Source of the DNA: Octopus sinensis
Taxonomy: Eukaryota
Direction of reading: 5' to 3'
Length of the DNA stretch: 64,000 bases
Assembly (NCBI RefSeq): GCF_006345805.1
Contig: NC_043010.1
Span: 58,342,001-58,406,000 of the forward strand
Numbering within the stretch: position 1 is the first letter of the stretch; each line of letters starts with the position of its first letter. Below, piece after piece: positions 38,991-52,497 of this stretch. A program made the translations under genes and the position numbers. The notes beneath the pieces were generated by a model. That model was given only the letters and a program-made list of their open reading frames with translations. It was not told where the DNA came from and searched no databases.

Positions 38991-40622
38991 CCAATGTTAT
39001 CATTGGTTATGACCAGTGAGAAAGTTGTGTAGCGTGGCACAAGTAGCCAGTGCCATTTTGTACGAGATCTTGTTGGCAGCCATTATCTTGTCCAAGACAC
39101 AAGCAAAGTCTCACATACAACCGTTTGCCATGTGCAACACCCACAACGAGACTCTCATCGACAACAGCTTCCTAAGCAGGTGCGAAAGACGTTCAACCTC
39201 TTAGTCTTCTGCAGCTCACTTACCCTGAGGGACAATATGAAGCAGGCAGCTACAGTGGACACTAACCCGCTCTAACCACATATGTTATTTTCCAGAGGTG
39301 ATGTACCTCACCTGAATGGAGATACAACAAGCCATGAGCTGCCATGAAGATGGACGCCGAGAATGGGACACAAGATCGGGAATCACAATAAATGATTATT
39401 GAATTTCATCCCCTCGTAAGCTTCTTCTTCCGCCTTTCCAGATCCTTAAGACAGAAAATAATTATAATGAGAGAAGGTGATACTCTACCGGTATCATGAA
39501 CCTTTCCTTCCCTTATAGTTCCCTTGGATTTCATGATCAGCCATAACCAATGGCCACATAAAATATTACTGCTCTAAGCATTTTTTAGAGTCTGCTTTTT
39601 TGTCCAGATTTATGAACAACCAACCACGGCATCAAGAAGGGCATCCAGTCATAGAAATCATGCCAAATCAGACAATTGGAATTTGGTGCAGCTCTGTGGA
39701 AACTGTCGAACCCATGCGAGCATGGACAACGGATGTTAAATGATGATGATACACCCATCCATCTATTTTCTCCTTCTGTATAGAGACAGATAGATAGATA
39801 GATAGATAGATAGATACATACATACATACATACATACACACATAAATACATGGGTAGGTGGGTGGACAAATGGACAGAGAGCCAGTTGGATGGATGGATG
39901 TTTGTATCTAAATGTTATGTATGTACATATTGTTATGTTTCTGAGAAGATACATCAGTGACTCAGGAGCCTAGAGTTGAGTCCCAGGGTACTTCACAAGT
40001 GCTGTGGTAGACAACCTTTCAATCTCTGATGTAGCTTATTGGCTACAAATAAAATCACTTCTCTCTTTTATGTGTTGTGTTTTATTTCTCTTACTTGTAT
40101 AAATTATCTCATACGCAGACTAACATACATCCTTCATATATGCTTCTGTGTGTGTAGGTGGGGTGGGGATTGACAACATTTCCACTTGAGTTATGTGTTG
40201 TCCCTATGTAGATGTCTCTTTTACTCCAACATGACATATTCTTGAATTATTTGGCTAATGACAAGAGTTCACTCCTTTCATTTGCTTCTTTCTCACCAAA
40301 ATAGTCTTTCTTGCATGCTTAAGAAAAGAAATTCAATAACTTGCATAGAGAATATAGGATTTATGCAAAAACACAAACACACAGACATATTTCACACTAT
40401 TCAATTCAGACACACACACATACACATTCACACAAACATATGTATATGTTTTTGTTTATGGCTATGAAATAATATATATATTTGTATATATATACATGTA
40501 TATATGTATACATATATATACATAATATGTATATATATTTATATGCATATAGATGTATACGTACACAGACATGCATATGTGTATATATACATGTATGTTG
40601 TATATATATATAATATATATAT

Positions 40623-40653
<31 letters not shown>

Positions 40654-40686
40654 ACATACATACATGCATACTTAATACATACATCT

Positions 40687-40725
<39 letters not shown>

Positions 40726-41022
40726 AAATGTAGGATGTATATGTAAATGTGGGTCTGGGAAAGATTTGTGAAAAAGAAATGAGCTTCCCATGCAAGAAAA
40801 TCACCTTCTCTCCTCTTCACTGATGTTCTCCAAGAGAGACGCTGATGTTTTGTGCCACAGGAGCTTGGCACCAATGTCATCACAAGTATTTTTCTCAGAA
40901 ACAATACCTTGTTGTGGACTCCTCCTATCCAACACTCTAAGTTTTTGACAATTTGTCCAGTACTTGCATATACACACACACATGTACATACATACATATA
41001 TATATGTATATACACACACGCA

Positions 41023-41053
<31 letters not shown>

Positions 41054-41287
41054 GCATGTATGTATTCTTTTTCATTCTTTTACTTGTTTCAGTCGTTTGA
41101 CTACAGCCATGCCGGATCACCACCTTTAGTCAAAGAAATCGACCCCAGGACTTATTCTTTGTAAGCCTACTACTTATCCTATCGGTCTCTTTTGCTGAAC
41201 TGCTAAGTTACGGGGATGTAAACACACTGACGTTGGTTGTCAAGCAATGGTGGGGGGACAAATACAGACACACAAGCATATACATAT

Positions 41288-41289
<2 letters not shown>

Positions 41290-41329
<40 letters not shown>

Positions 41330-42556
41330 GTTTAACGTCCATTCTCCATGCTAGCATGGGTTGGACGGTTCGACCGGGGATCTGGGAAGCCAGAAGGCTG
41401 CACCAGGCTCCAGTCTTATCTGGCAGTGTTTCTACAGCTGGATGCCCTTCCTAATGCCAACCACTCTGTGAGTGTAGTGGGTGCTTTTTACGTGCCACCT
41501 GCACAGGTGCCAGGCGAGGCTGGCAACGGCCATGGTCGGATTGGTGTATTTTACGTGCCACCGGCACGGAAGCCAGTCGAGGTGGCGCTGGCATCGGCCA
41601 CGAGTCGGATAGTGCTTTTTACGTACCACCAGACCAGGGATCCTGGCTGGTTTAATTCGATTTCGATTTCGCTTGCCCCAACATGTCTTCGCAAGCATGG
41701 GGGTTTGGCATGGGTGCCTGTCATCGGATGAGGTTCTATATCGACTTCGCTTGCCTCAACCGGTCTTTGTGTCCAAGGGAGGAAAGGCATGCATAAGTGG
41801 GCTGGGCTCACTTGTCCTGCCTGGTCTTCTCACGTACAGCATATTTCCAAGGTCTCGGTCGCTGGTCATTTCCTCAGTGAGGCCTAAAGTTGAAGGTCGT
41901 GTGCTTCACCACCTCGTCCCAGGTTTTCCTGGGTCTACCTCTTCCACGGGTTCCCTCAACTGCTAGGGATTGGCACTTTCTCACACACACCTATCTTCAT
42001 CCATTCTCGCCACATGACCATACCAGCACAATCGTCTCTCTTGCACACCACAACTGATGCTTCTTAGGTACAACATTTCTCTCAAGGTACTAACGCTCTG
42101 TCGAGTAAGTACACTGACATTACACATCCATCGGAGCATACTGGCTTCATTCCTCATGAGCTTACGCATGTCCTCAGCAGTCACGGCCCATGTTTCACTG
42201 CCATGTAGCATGGCTGTTCGTACACATGCATCATACAGTCTGCCTTTTACTCTGAGCGAGAGGCCTTTAGTCACCAGCAGAGGTAAGAGCTCCCTAAACT
42301 TTGCCCAGGCTATTCTTATTCTAGCAGTTACACTTTCAGCGCACCCACCCCCACTACTGACTTGGTCACCTAGATAACGGAAGCTATCAACTACTTCTAG
42401 TTTTTCCCCCTGGAAAGTGACGGAAGTTGTTTTCTGCAGATTTTCAGAGGTCAATGCTCCCGAGCATCTGCCACATACAAAAACTATCTCCCAGTTAGCC
42501 TATCTTTGACATTGCTGCACCTCTTATGTGTCCATAGCTTACACTGGGTACATCTA
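41290..42556 (-). mobile_element. 5'-truncated RTE LINE
   Basis: ORF 41981-42454 (FRYLGDQV..RIRIAWAKFREL..HGSETWAV..WYGHVARM), 3'UTR and long (GAT)n tail. Confidence 0.92.
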
Positions 42557-42564
42557 TATATATA

Positions 42565-42646
<82 letters not shown>

Positions 42647-42647
<1 letters not shown>

Positions 42648-43027
42648 GAGGCGCAATGGCCCAGTCGTTAGGGCAGCGGACTCGCGATCGTAGGATCGCG
42701 GTTTCGATTCCCAGAACGGGCGTTGTGAGTGTTTATTGAGCGAAAACACCAAAAGCTCCACGAGGCTCCGGCAGGGATGGTGGTGATCCCTGCTGTACTC
42801 TTTCACCACAACTTTCTCTCACTCTTACTTCCTGTTTCTGTTGTATCTGTATTTCAAGGGGCCGGCCTTGTCACTTTCTGTGTCACGCCGAATATCCCCG
42901 AGAACTACGTTAAGGGTACACGTGTCTGTGGAGTGCTCAGCCACTTACACGTTAATTTCACGAGCAGGCTGTTCCGTTGATCGGATCAACCGGAACCCTC
43001 GTCGTCGTAACCGACGGAGTGCTTCCA
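42647..43027 (+). mobile_element. tRNA-derived SINE family D, young CpG-rich copy
   Basis: A-box TGGCCCAGTCGTTAG, B-box GGTTTCGATTCCC, inserted in (TA)n. Confidence 0.85.
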
Positions 43028-43300
43028 TTCCATATATATATATATATTCATACACACACAATGGGCTTCTTTCAGTTTCCATCTACCAAATCCTCTCACA
43101 AGGCTTTGGTCAGCCTGAGGCTATAGTGGAAGACACTTGCTGAATGTACTACACAGTGGGACTGAACCTGGAACCATGTGGTTGGTATGCAAGTTACTTA
43201 CCACAAAGCCATTCCTGTGCCTGTATGTGTGTATGTTTTTATTAATATTCAACAGAAGGAACAGAGTGACTCAAGGGCTAAATATTAATAAAAATATTCC

Positions 43301-44313
43301 TATGAGGGGTGTTCATTAAAGATTTCCCCAGACCTACTTCCAGTTATTGTAGAAAACAGAACTTGTAGAGGTTTTATCATGCATATCTCTACGTGTCACA
43401 TTGTAAATATGAATATTGGCTTTCCAGTAGTATTCGTTTGTCTTTTACAGCTGCTGAAGTGAACTAAGGTGTTATAATAGAGACAGTTGAATGCAGATCA
43501 GTGTTCAGGTTCTTATACTTGAAAGGTTATCCACCAAAAGAGACTTTCAATGAGATGAGAGAAGTTTATGGTAACGATGCACCATCATACAACGTAGTCA
43601 AGCACTGGCATCACCAGTTCAAGCGTGGTTGGACATCTGTGGAAATTGCTCCTATTCCTGGATGACCATATTCCGCCATTGATGACAACATCATCCATAA
43701 AGTGAAAGCTACCATTTTGGATGATCGCCCCATAAACTATTTGGTAACTAGCTCCAGAAGTGAAGATAAGTGTAGGATCTGGGGAAGAAATCATTCACAA
43801 CTATTTGCACACGTGGAAATTATCTGCACAGTGGAGTCCCTTGATGCTCACAACTGTTCAGAAGCCAGAATGGATCACTTGCTCCCAGGCTCTTTTGGCA
43901 ATGTGCCAAGAAACTGAGAAGGTCTTTTTCAGCAGACTTATCATACAGCATAATACATGGGTTCATCACTATGATCCTGAGACTAGAGTCCAGTCAAAGC
44001 AATGGAAGTATGATAACTCACCACCTCCAAAGAAGGCTCGTGTCCAATGCTCACAGTCTTTTGGGACCAACATGGAGTAGTGATGCTGGATTTTCTGGCA
44101 CAGGGCACCACAATTAATGGAACGTATTATGCTTCTCTGCTGCAGAAATTGTGGGATGCCACCAAAGCAGAGAGGTGTGGCATACTGACCAAAGGAGTCT
44201 CCCTCCACCAAGACAATGCCCCAGTTCACAATGCGCATATTGCCCAGATGAAAGCATACTCCTGCAGCTATGAAATCCTTCCTTGTCTCCCTTACTCTCC
44301 CAATCTCGCACCA
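43301..44313 (+). mobile_element. Mariner transposon relic, 3'-truncated
   Basis: TWVHHYDPET, MLTVFWDQHGVV, LHQDNAPVH, PYSPNLAP; stops and frameshifts; TIR-like start TATGAGGGGTGTTCA. Confidence 0.9.
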
Positions 44314-44316
44314 TGA

Positions 44317-44690
44317 GTCAAACAATGACCATGCAACTCATCTGTGATATGTCTCTTCAAACTAACAAAGAAATCAATGCTAATTGTTTAGACATAGTAA
44401 TCAAGGATTGGAAAAAATACACCTGCTTACTGATAGACATTGCAGTCCCTTCTGGCTAAATTATTGCCCCAAAAGAAGTGGAGAAATTGTCAAAGTACAA
44501 AGATCTCAAGATTGAAATATTCAAGGTGTGTTGTATGAAGGTAAAAACAATACCAGCAATAATTGGAGCATTGGGTATGATAAACATGAATAGACATAAA
44601 AATGTAGAAGCTATGCCTAGAAACTCAGCACTACACTATCCAAGAGGTAGCTGTGCTAGGAACAGCCCACATCCTAAGCAAGGCACCAGC
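44317..44690 (+). mobile_element. RLE-type (R4/Dong-like) LINE C-terminal fragment
   Basis: DIVIKD..CLLIDIAVPS..KEVEKLSKYKDLKIEI..IPAIIGALG. Confidence 0.78.
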
Positions 44691-44894
44691 AATTCAATAG
44701 CACCCCCCCCCCCCAAATAATCCACAAACACACAAAACACTCTATACAGTAAATAGCCAATAAATTAAACAACCCCAAAATATGAACTCAGCAGGTCAGA
44801 TACCCAACAGAAAAACACACCTTGCACTACAAACACAACATACAATGCAAACACTAATACATGAAAAAGCTGCAGCTAAACCCCATAACAAAAT

Positions 44895-45643
44895 AAATTC
44901 TTTTCTACTCTAGGCACAAGGTCCGAAATTTTGGGAAAGGAGGCCAATCAATTAGATTGACCCCAGTACACAACTAGTACTTAATTTATCAACCCCAAAA
45001 GGATGAAAGGCAAAGTCAACCTTGTTGGAGTTTGAGCTCAGAACGTAAAGACAGATGAAATACCACTAAGCATTTCGTCCGGTGAGCTAACGTTTCTGCC
45101 AGCTGGTTGCCTTCATAACAAAACAAATTGATGCAATAGAGTACCAGGAAATATCTGCATTCTCTGAATACCAATGAAGACAAAAACACAATGCTGCACA
45201 CACCTCTGCAACATGGCAAGGTGTAACAGGTGATGCAGTAGAAATTTGCCTGGAATTATCAAATATTGAAAAATAACATTGATAACAAGAGCACTCAGAG
45301 AGTGCAAACCTCTGCCAAGGCAACACCAACATCCTCTCAACGATTAGCCAAAGATAATTTTTAAAATGAGAATGTCTCAAATAAACTCGACTCTTCTCAC
45401 AAACGAGAATACTAAAAATGAACCCAACTGCTCTCAAATATTTAGTGAAAAAAACAGGTAAAATAATCCAGAATCCTTGTCTGGTACTGGATCAATCCCA
45501 AAATCTAATCAGTTCATGCCAATCACAAGGCCAAACATCCCTGAAAGTTTCATCTGAATCCATCCTGCAGTTCTTGAGATATCTTGTCCATGGACAAACA
45601 AACAAAGACAACTGAAAACAGTACCTCTGCCTTCACTAAGGCA

Positions 45644-45674
<31 letters not shown>

Positions 45675-46150
45675 AAATAATAATAATAATAATGATGATG
45701 ATGATGATTATATATTTTAGCACAAGGCCAGCAATTTTGGGGGTGGGAAAATTGATTACATCAACACTGTTGGTCAACTGGTTCTTACTTTATTGACCCC
45801 AAAAGGAGGAAAGGTAAACTCCGTGGACAAACAAAATGCCACTGAGCATTTTGTCCAGTGCACTAACGATTCTGTTAGCCCACTGCTTAACGATGATGAT
45901 GATAATAACAATAGTAATAATAATAATAATGTTAATCTTTTCTACTATAGGCACAAGGCCTGAAATTTGGGGAAGGGGGATAGTCAATTGCATCAACCCC
46001 GGTACTCAACTGGTACTTAATTTATTGACCCCTAAAGGATGATAAGCAAAGTTGACCTCAACGGAATTTGAACTCAGAATGTAGTAGCTGATGAAATACC
46101 ACTAGGCATTTTGCCTGGCCCCTTAAGGATTCTACCAGCTCATCACCTTC
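44895..46150 (-). mobile_element. SINE family B copies (44895-45115, 45715-45890, 45935-46150)
   Basis: Same motifs as the 29030 cluster. Confidence 0.8.
45284..45650 (+). mobile_element. Non-autonomous Helentron/DINE-1-like element
   Basis: Subterminal ACCTCTGCC (~45308), internal (ACAA/AGAC) repeat, terminal hairpin ACCTCTGCCTT-CACT-AAGGCAGAGTT. Confidence 0.55.
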
Positions 46151-46289
46151 ACACATAGTTAGAAAAAGATACTTATGACCAGTTCATAGAGTTACCCTGG
46201 GTTTCACATCCATAAAGAGTTTAACTTTACATACCATCGTAGCCAGTGGCGGCCTACAACCTCCTTTGGATTTATAATTTACTGATGAT

Positions 46290-46485
46290 CCATATATACA
46301 TATACATACATGTATGCATGCATGCATACATACATATATTCATGCATACATACATACATGCATAGATGCATGCACACATATATGCATGCATACATACATA
46401 CATATATACATGCATACATACATATATACATGCATGCATACATACATATATACATGCATACATACATATATACATGCATACATCC
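46290..46485. repeat. (CATA/CATG)n microsatellite
   Basis: Directly visible. Confidence 0.9.
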
Positions 46486-47743
46486 ATCTTTCTATCCGAC
46501 ATACTACCAGGTGGACAACAGACTTCCTCCAACAGCACAACATCCAGACACAGTCATGTCCTGCTCTAAGAATGTTGGCGCTTTTGAAGGGAATGACAAA
46601 CAACTGATGGTTTGTGATTTTCTCAAGAAGAAGCATCTGTCATGGTGATAGTAAGTCCTAAAAGGACACTGTTTATGACTCTGCATCCAGTCTGTACTTG
46701 TCAAGCCTTCCCAATATCTTATCTTCCTAATGTCCTTCGTTCCTGCATCTTTTTAACCACAATGTATTTATTCAGCTGCAGTAATTGTATGCCAGCAAAA
46801 CCATATGTATTTCATCCTCCGTTTTGTGCTACTAGTTATCGTTCTCTTTGGAACCATTTACTTTTGTCACCCACCCTGCATTCCAAATATCATCCCTTAC
46901 CATTTATTTTTAGCTGAACATCCCTTTCCATGGAACACCCTCTCATACCTGCCATTGAAGACCTCTTCCACTTTTGTTTGTCAATCACTATATCCACCCT
47001 TATGTACCTCTGACCTCAAGCTCTGTCACTGTGCACTCCTCTCTCTTCCCCACACTTCACATTATCTCCATCTTTCCAATCTCTCTACAGCTTTATTATG
47101 CTGTTGCTCTCCTCATCCTCTTTTGTATGGCCATCTATCACCTCCTCCAACTTTCCCCTTCTAAAAACCAACCTGTAGACTAAGCCTCCATCCCTGCTCT
47201 CTATTCAGTACAATTACCTCTATCCTCATCGCTAACATCTCACACTCACCATTCTCACTCTCGCAAAATTAAACAACCAACACTTAACAACCCACTATTC
47301 CTATTCTTTCTTTATCCACCTTCTTGTAGCATGAGAATACACCTGAACACCTCCTCATCAACATCTCTTTTCACCTGGGGTGTCCATGTTTCACCTCTAC
47401 ACCAAAACATCTGCTGCTGCCCCTCTGTCGTAATTTAGCCTTTCAACACCAAGCATAAAACCACCCCCAAACTCATCTGAGATGCCTCATCTTGCAAGTT
47501 ACTTGGTAACCTCACTAGTGCTGGTGCCATGGAAAAAGCTGCAAGTACATTCTGAAAAAGGATCCATGTTTAGAAGGGCGTCCAGCTGTAGAAATCATGC
47601 CAAACCAAACAGTGGAGCTTGATGCCATCTTCCAGCTTGATGGACCTTGTCAAACTGTCCAACTCATGCCAGCATGGAAACCAGACAGTGATGATAATGA
47701 TAATGAAAAGGATCTTGAGGATGATGATGATGCTATATATATA

Positions 47744-48599
47744 TTGGGTCATTCCATAAATATTGCAGATTTTTATAGTTTTTGTATTTTCAAAAATTAA
47801 GATAAACAAAGTTCTTTTTTAATCTAAAATATACTCTCCATTTTTTATGATGCTCTTTTATCTATTTGGGAAACTTTCAAGGCCCCTTTTCCAAAATTCA
47901 CTTATCCGTGATGAAAAATACTCCTCCATTACTATTCTCACCTTGTCTACAGAATTCATATTTTTTCCGTCCGAATGATTTTGAAGACTGGAATAAATGA
48001 TGATCAGATGGTGCAATGTCCGGCAAATATGGTAGGTGGGGCATCATTTCCCATTCAAACTGCTGCAGCCTTTGAAATGTTATCCTCGCTGTATTTGGCT
48101 GAGCATTATTCTGATGGAAGGGCACCTTTCGTCTTGAAACCAAAGATAGTTGTTTTTCTTCTAGTGCTGACTTGAATGACTAAATCCAAGCTTCTGTTAG
48201 TTCCACGACAGTTACAATGAGATTTTTTTCCACCAGGGTTTCGGCTGTAGATTCTGGCTCAGAATTTCTGGAATCACCTTTGACACTGGTTTATGCTTAT
48301 TGTCCAATTCCTATATACTCCATTAATATTCCTCACACTTTCCATTGCGTTGTTGCCTTTATTAACTCATAAAGCAAAATATGCCGAATATACTCCTTTC
48401 TCATTTTTGTTATAACTTTGAAAAAATAACTGTTAAAATTGAACTGCACTCTTCAAAACGTGTACTAAGAATAAGGACAAAGTAAAATTACTACCTGCTT
48501 TAATAGCAAGTTAGCAAGTTGATGCAGGAAGATTATCCCGTCCCCCTCCAATTTTTAGCTCATACATTTGAAAAAAAACTGCATTATTTATGGGATGAG

Positions 48600-48603
<4 letters not shown>
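47744..48603 (-). mobile_element. Internally deleted mariner with both TIRs and TA flanks
   Basis: TIRs TTGGGTCATTCCATAAATATTGCAG and reverse-complement TTGGCTCATCCCATAAATAATGCAG; ORF HQNNAQP..PHLPYLPDIAPSDHHLF. Confidence 0.9.
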
Positions 48604-48644
<41 letters not shown>

Positions 48645-48982
48645 GTGTGTCAAAATAAGAAGTCAGAAAATTCTTTATTATTTATTCAGCATTACACATG
48701 TTTCATTTGCTGATAGGAGTTGCAAAATAGTACTTGTAATACAAAATATGTAAGATATCTCCTATTACAAATTCATAAACAAAGAATCAAAGCATATGAA
48801 AAAATTTTCCAATCTCCTGATATAATTGCTCTGCAGAAAATATTTTCCAAAATTTTCGACTCTTATGCCCACCTCAGATGAATATAACATCTGCATACGG
48901 ATTCGGAATACTGGAATAAGCAGATGTGCTTCAAGTGGACAGAGCTTGGAGTTTAACCCCATTTTATATATACATGTATTAC

Positions 48983-50061
48983 ATGGAAAAATGTGAGCAA
49001 GAGAAATAATATTAAGTTTAAAAAACTGTAAAAGTGCAGGACAAGTTATTATATCTGATAAAGTACAGAACAAGTTATTATATCTGATAAAGTACAGAAC
49101 AAGAAAAGTTTTACTTAAAATATTGCAGCTAAGGATAAAATTTCAAATAAAACACTTAGATTTAGAAAATATTAGCTTTTATTAAAACTAAAATTTTAAT
49201 TACATGTCTATTTGTTATTACATATTACTTCTATTAAAAATTAAAAAAATAACTCAAAATATTTTTTGCACTTTAAAAAAATTCATTTTTTTAATTAATT
49301 AATAATTATAAATTTGAAAATAGGTTATAAAAAATAATAGTAATACATAATTAGTTTGTGCAATAAATAGAATAATACAAAAATTAGTTAAATATTACAG
49401 TAAAATCTTCCTATACCAACAAATTCATAGTAAAATTTGCTTGAGTTATTGCCTAAGGTATTGCCAAGTCTTTACATTTTTAGTTTTGACTCAATGCCTA
49501 TTTTTTACATTAAGAATTTGCCTACCATATATACTGTTCTACTTTACATAAAACTTTAGCTATATTGGTACTTCTGGCTCTCATTTTTTAAGTATTCCAC
49601 ATCATATGCCCATGGACATATGGCGTAGTGGTTAAGAGCATGGGCTACTAACCCCAAGATTCCAAGTTCAATTCTAAGTAGTGACCTGAATAATAATAAC
49701 ATCGAAAAATACCTTAGGAATGAGAACCCAGGTTCAAAATTTCCCCAAGACACCTGATGAAGGCTGGAGGGGTATATCAGCAGAAACATGTTAACAACAA
49801 ACAAGATGAGGACAAATATCCGTCAAATGTAAATGTAAAATGATGTTACTTTTTTAATTATAATGTTACTTTGTAAATTAAAATCAAATAATTTTTGATA
49901 TTCAAATTTTATACTTAGCTGCAATATCTTAAGTAAAAATTTTCTTGTTTTGTACTTTACCAGATATAATTTGTCCTGAACTTTTCCAAGCATAATAACT
50001 TCTGTACTTTTCCAGTTTTATAATCTTAAGAATAATATTTCTCTTGCTCGCATTTTTCCAT
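48983..50061. repeat. AT-rich fold-back: inverted arms ~48983-49152 and ~49893-50061
   Basis: GGAAAAATGTGAGCAAGAGAAATA vs TATTTCTCTTGCTCGCATTTTTCC; TTTTACTTAAAATATTGCAGCTAAG vs CTTAGCTGCAATATCTTAAGTAAAA; 29-bp tandem duplication at 49041. Confidence 0.8.
49603..49840 (+). mobile_element. tRNA-headed SINE-like element with a hammerhead-like motif
   Basis: A-box TGGCGTAGTGG (49621), anticodon-like arm GGGCTACTAACCC, B-box GTTCAATTC (49666); CTGATGA(49754)-AGGCTG..CAGC-A-GAAAC-AT-GTT. Confidence 0.65.
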
Positions 50062-51144
50062 ATAATCCATGTTTTTTCCAGGCTAATTAATCATGCTAAT
50101 TAATAATGTGTCAATTAGTGGTGTCATTGATAATTTTTTCCTTACCTCAATGATGCCAGTGACATATATTAAAAGTCCTTTACAGAACTATACTCATGAA
50201 AAAGTATAGAACTATATTATCACCCTCAAATTAGAGAAGCAAACATTCATAATTTTTTTGTTTTAAAACTTCATTGCATGAAATTGATACCATGAAATTC
50301 CTTAAATTGAGCTCTATCATTTAAGCTTAATTAAAGTATAGTTTGTTTTTAAAATAAAAAAGTTAATTATACTTATATCCAATTTTTTGCCTTATATTTT
50401 TTCCTATTTTACCTCACAACTTTTTTTATACAAATTTTTATTGCATGGGGGCAAAACTATGAAATTCTTCATGCTTTCTGCTATCATTGAAGCTAAGATA
50501 AATATATTTTGCTTTTAAAATGAAACGGTTATTTAGATCTAAACCTGATTGGTGGCATTACTTACTATCCTATAACATTACTACAAACTTTGAAGTAAAC
50601 TTTTTTCTATTAGACCAAATCTCAATTTTTTTATGCCAAAATGTAGCTAGGGAACAGTCCTCTTCAAAAATATTAAGTTTTCAATTTGGTTAAGAACTGA
50701 ATTAGCAACAAGCTCTGAAAGATGCTGCACATGAATAAATTGTGGTCTTAAGAATATTATTCAACTGCTACTTTAGTTGAATAATGTACGTACACACACA
50801 CTCACACACATGTATCATACAAACATGTAACACCGACAGAAAGTAATTGGAATTTCCTAGCAAGTTATGTGTATTATGCAATTTGATTTTCAAACGGTAA
50901 TCAGCTAGTGAGCCACCATCCATAACTACACGTGGACTGTTGGCGATTTTTTTCCTCCTTCCTCCTTTTCTTTTGGACTTTCATATGTTACCTGTTTCCA
51001 AAGAAGAGCTTTGCTCGAAATGTAAAATGACCGCTCTTTCTTTCTTTCTTTCTCTAAGTATCTTACTAATACTTCACATGTACCACGTCCTCACATTGTT
51101 GTTTTTTTTTCTCTTGTCTTTTTTTTCTCCATTTTTCTATTAAT

Positions 51145-51535
51145 GGAGTGGCTGTGTGGTAAGTAGCTTGTTTACCAACCACATGGTTCCGGGTCCAGTC
51201 CCACTGTGTGGCACCTTGGGCAAGTGTCTTCTACTATAGCCTTGGGCCGACCAAAGCCTTGTGAGTGGATTTGGTAGACGGAAACTGAAAGAAGCCCGTC
51301 GTATATATGTATATGTATGTGTATGTGTGTGTGTTTGTGCGTCTGTCCCCCTAGCATTGCTTGACAACCGATGCTGGTGTGTTTATGTCCCCGTAACTTA
51401 GCGGTTCGGCAAAAGAGACCGATAGAATAAGTACTGGGCTTACAAAGAATAAGTCCCGGGGTCGAGTTGCTCAATTAAAGGCGGTGCTCCAGCATGGCCG
51501 TAGTCAAATGACTGAAACAAGTAAAAGAGTAAAGA
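51145..51535 (+). mobile_element. SINE family A, full length
   Basis: Close match to 10947 and 63735. Confidence 0.9.
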
Positions 51536-51538
51536 GAG

Positions 51539-51613
<75 letters not shown>

Positions 51614-51625
51614 AGATATATATAA

Positions 51626-51833
51626 TTTCTTTATTTGTGAATTAAGGGTACCATTGTTTTCATGTTAAGAAGAATAGGTGTTCCATTTTGGAAAACAGTC
51701 TCCATTGTTTTCCAAAATGGAGGTGGACACCTTTCTCCAAGTGATCGGCTTGAAAAATTGTTAAGATACTTGGATATTTTCCTACTCTTCTTAACATGAA
51801 AACATTGATAGCCTTAATTCACAAATAAAGAAA
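51626..51833. repeat. Palindromic element: ~50-bp inverted arms plus inner hairpin
   Basis: TTTCTTTATTTGTGAATTAAGG / CCTTAATTCACAAATAAAGAAA; inner TCCATTTTGGAAAACA / TGTTTTCCAAAATGGA. Confidence 0.88.
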
Positions 51834-51877
51834 ATGTTTATCTACCAATGTGGTGTTGAGCACTCATTCTATCATTC

Positions 51878-51920
<43 letters not shown>

Positions 51921-51979
51921 TAAATGACAGAATGCTGACGATAAACATAGGATAATTCATTCACCTATATATATATATA

Positions 51980-52345
51980 TTCTTTTATCTGTTTCAATGA
52001 TTTGACTGTGGCCCTGCTGAAGCACTGCCTTTAGTCGAACATATTGACCCGAGGAATTATCCTTTGTAAGCCTAGTACTTATTCTGTTGGTCTCTTTTGC
52101 CGAACCACAAAGTTACGGGGACATAAACACACCAGTATCGATTGTCAAGCAATGGTGGATGGACAAACACTGACAAACACACACACACACAACAGGCTTC
52201 TTTCAATTCCCATCTACCAAATCCACCCACTAGGCTTTGGTCAGCGTGAGGCTATAGTAGAAGACATCTGCCCAAGATGCCACACAGTGGGACTGAACCC
52301 AGAACCATGTGGTTGAGAAGCAAGCTTCTTACCACACAGCCACAC
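51980..52345 (-). mobile_element. SINE family A
   Basis: Reverse-complement match to 51145-51535. Confidence 0.85.
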
Positions 52346-52497
52346 TTATATGTATAACAACCATGGTGTGAGTATATAATCAAACTGACATTTGCTTTTT
52401 AGCTTCTTCAGAAGTATCGAATGTGTATCATACATTACAGACAAGAAAATGATATTTTTGAACGCAGTCTCACTGTACAAACAACAGAAGCAAAACT

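Larger units (their letters stand above)
41075..43222 (-). mobile_element. SINE family A split by nested insertions (tail half 41075-41290, head half 43060-43222)
   Basis: Complementary halves in the same orientation flank an RTE and a second SINE. Confidence 0.7.

Noticed and set aside
42647-42725. tRNA gene (also 24705-24780 and 49615-49685)
   Set aside because: No proper acceptor stem or Pol III terminator; each continues into a SINE body
46505-46600. Tc1-like transposase fragment (TTDFLQQHNIQTQSCPAL)
   Set aside because: Too short and decayed to call without a search
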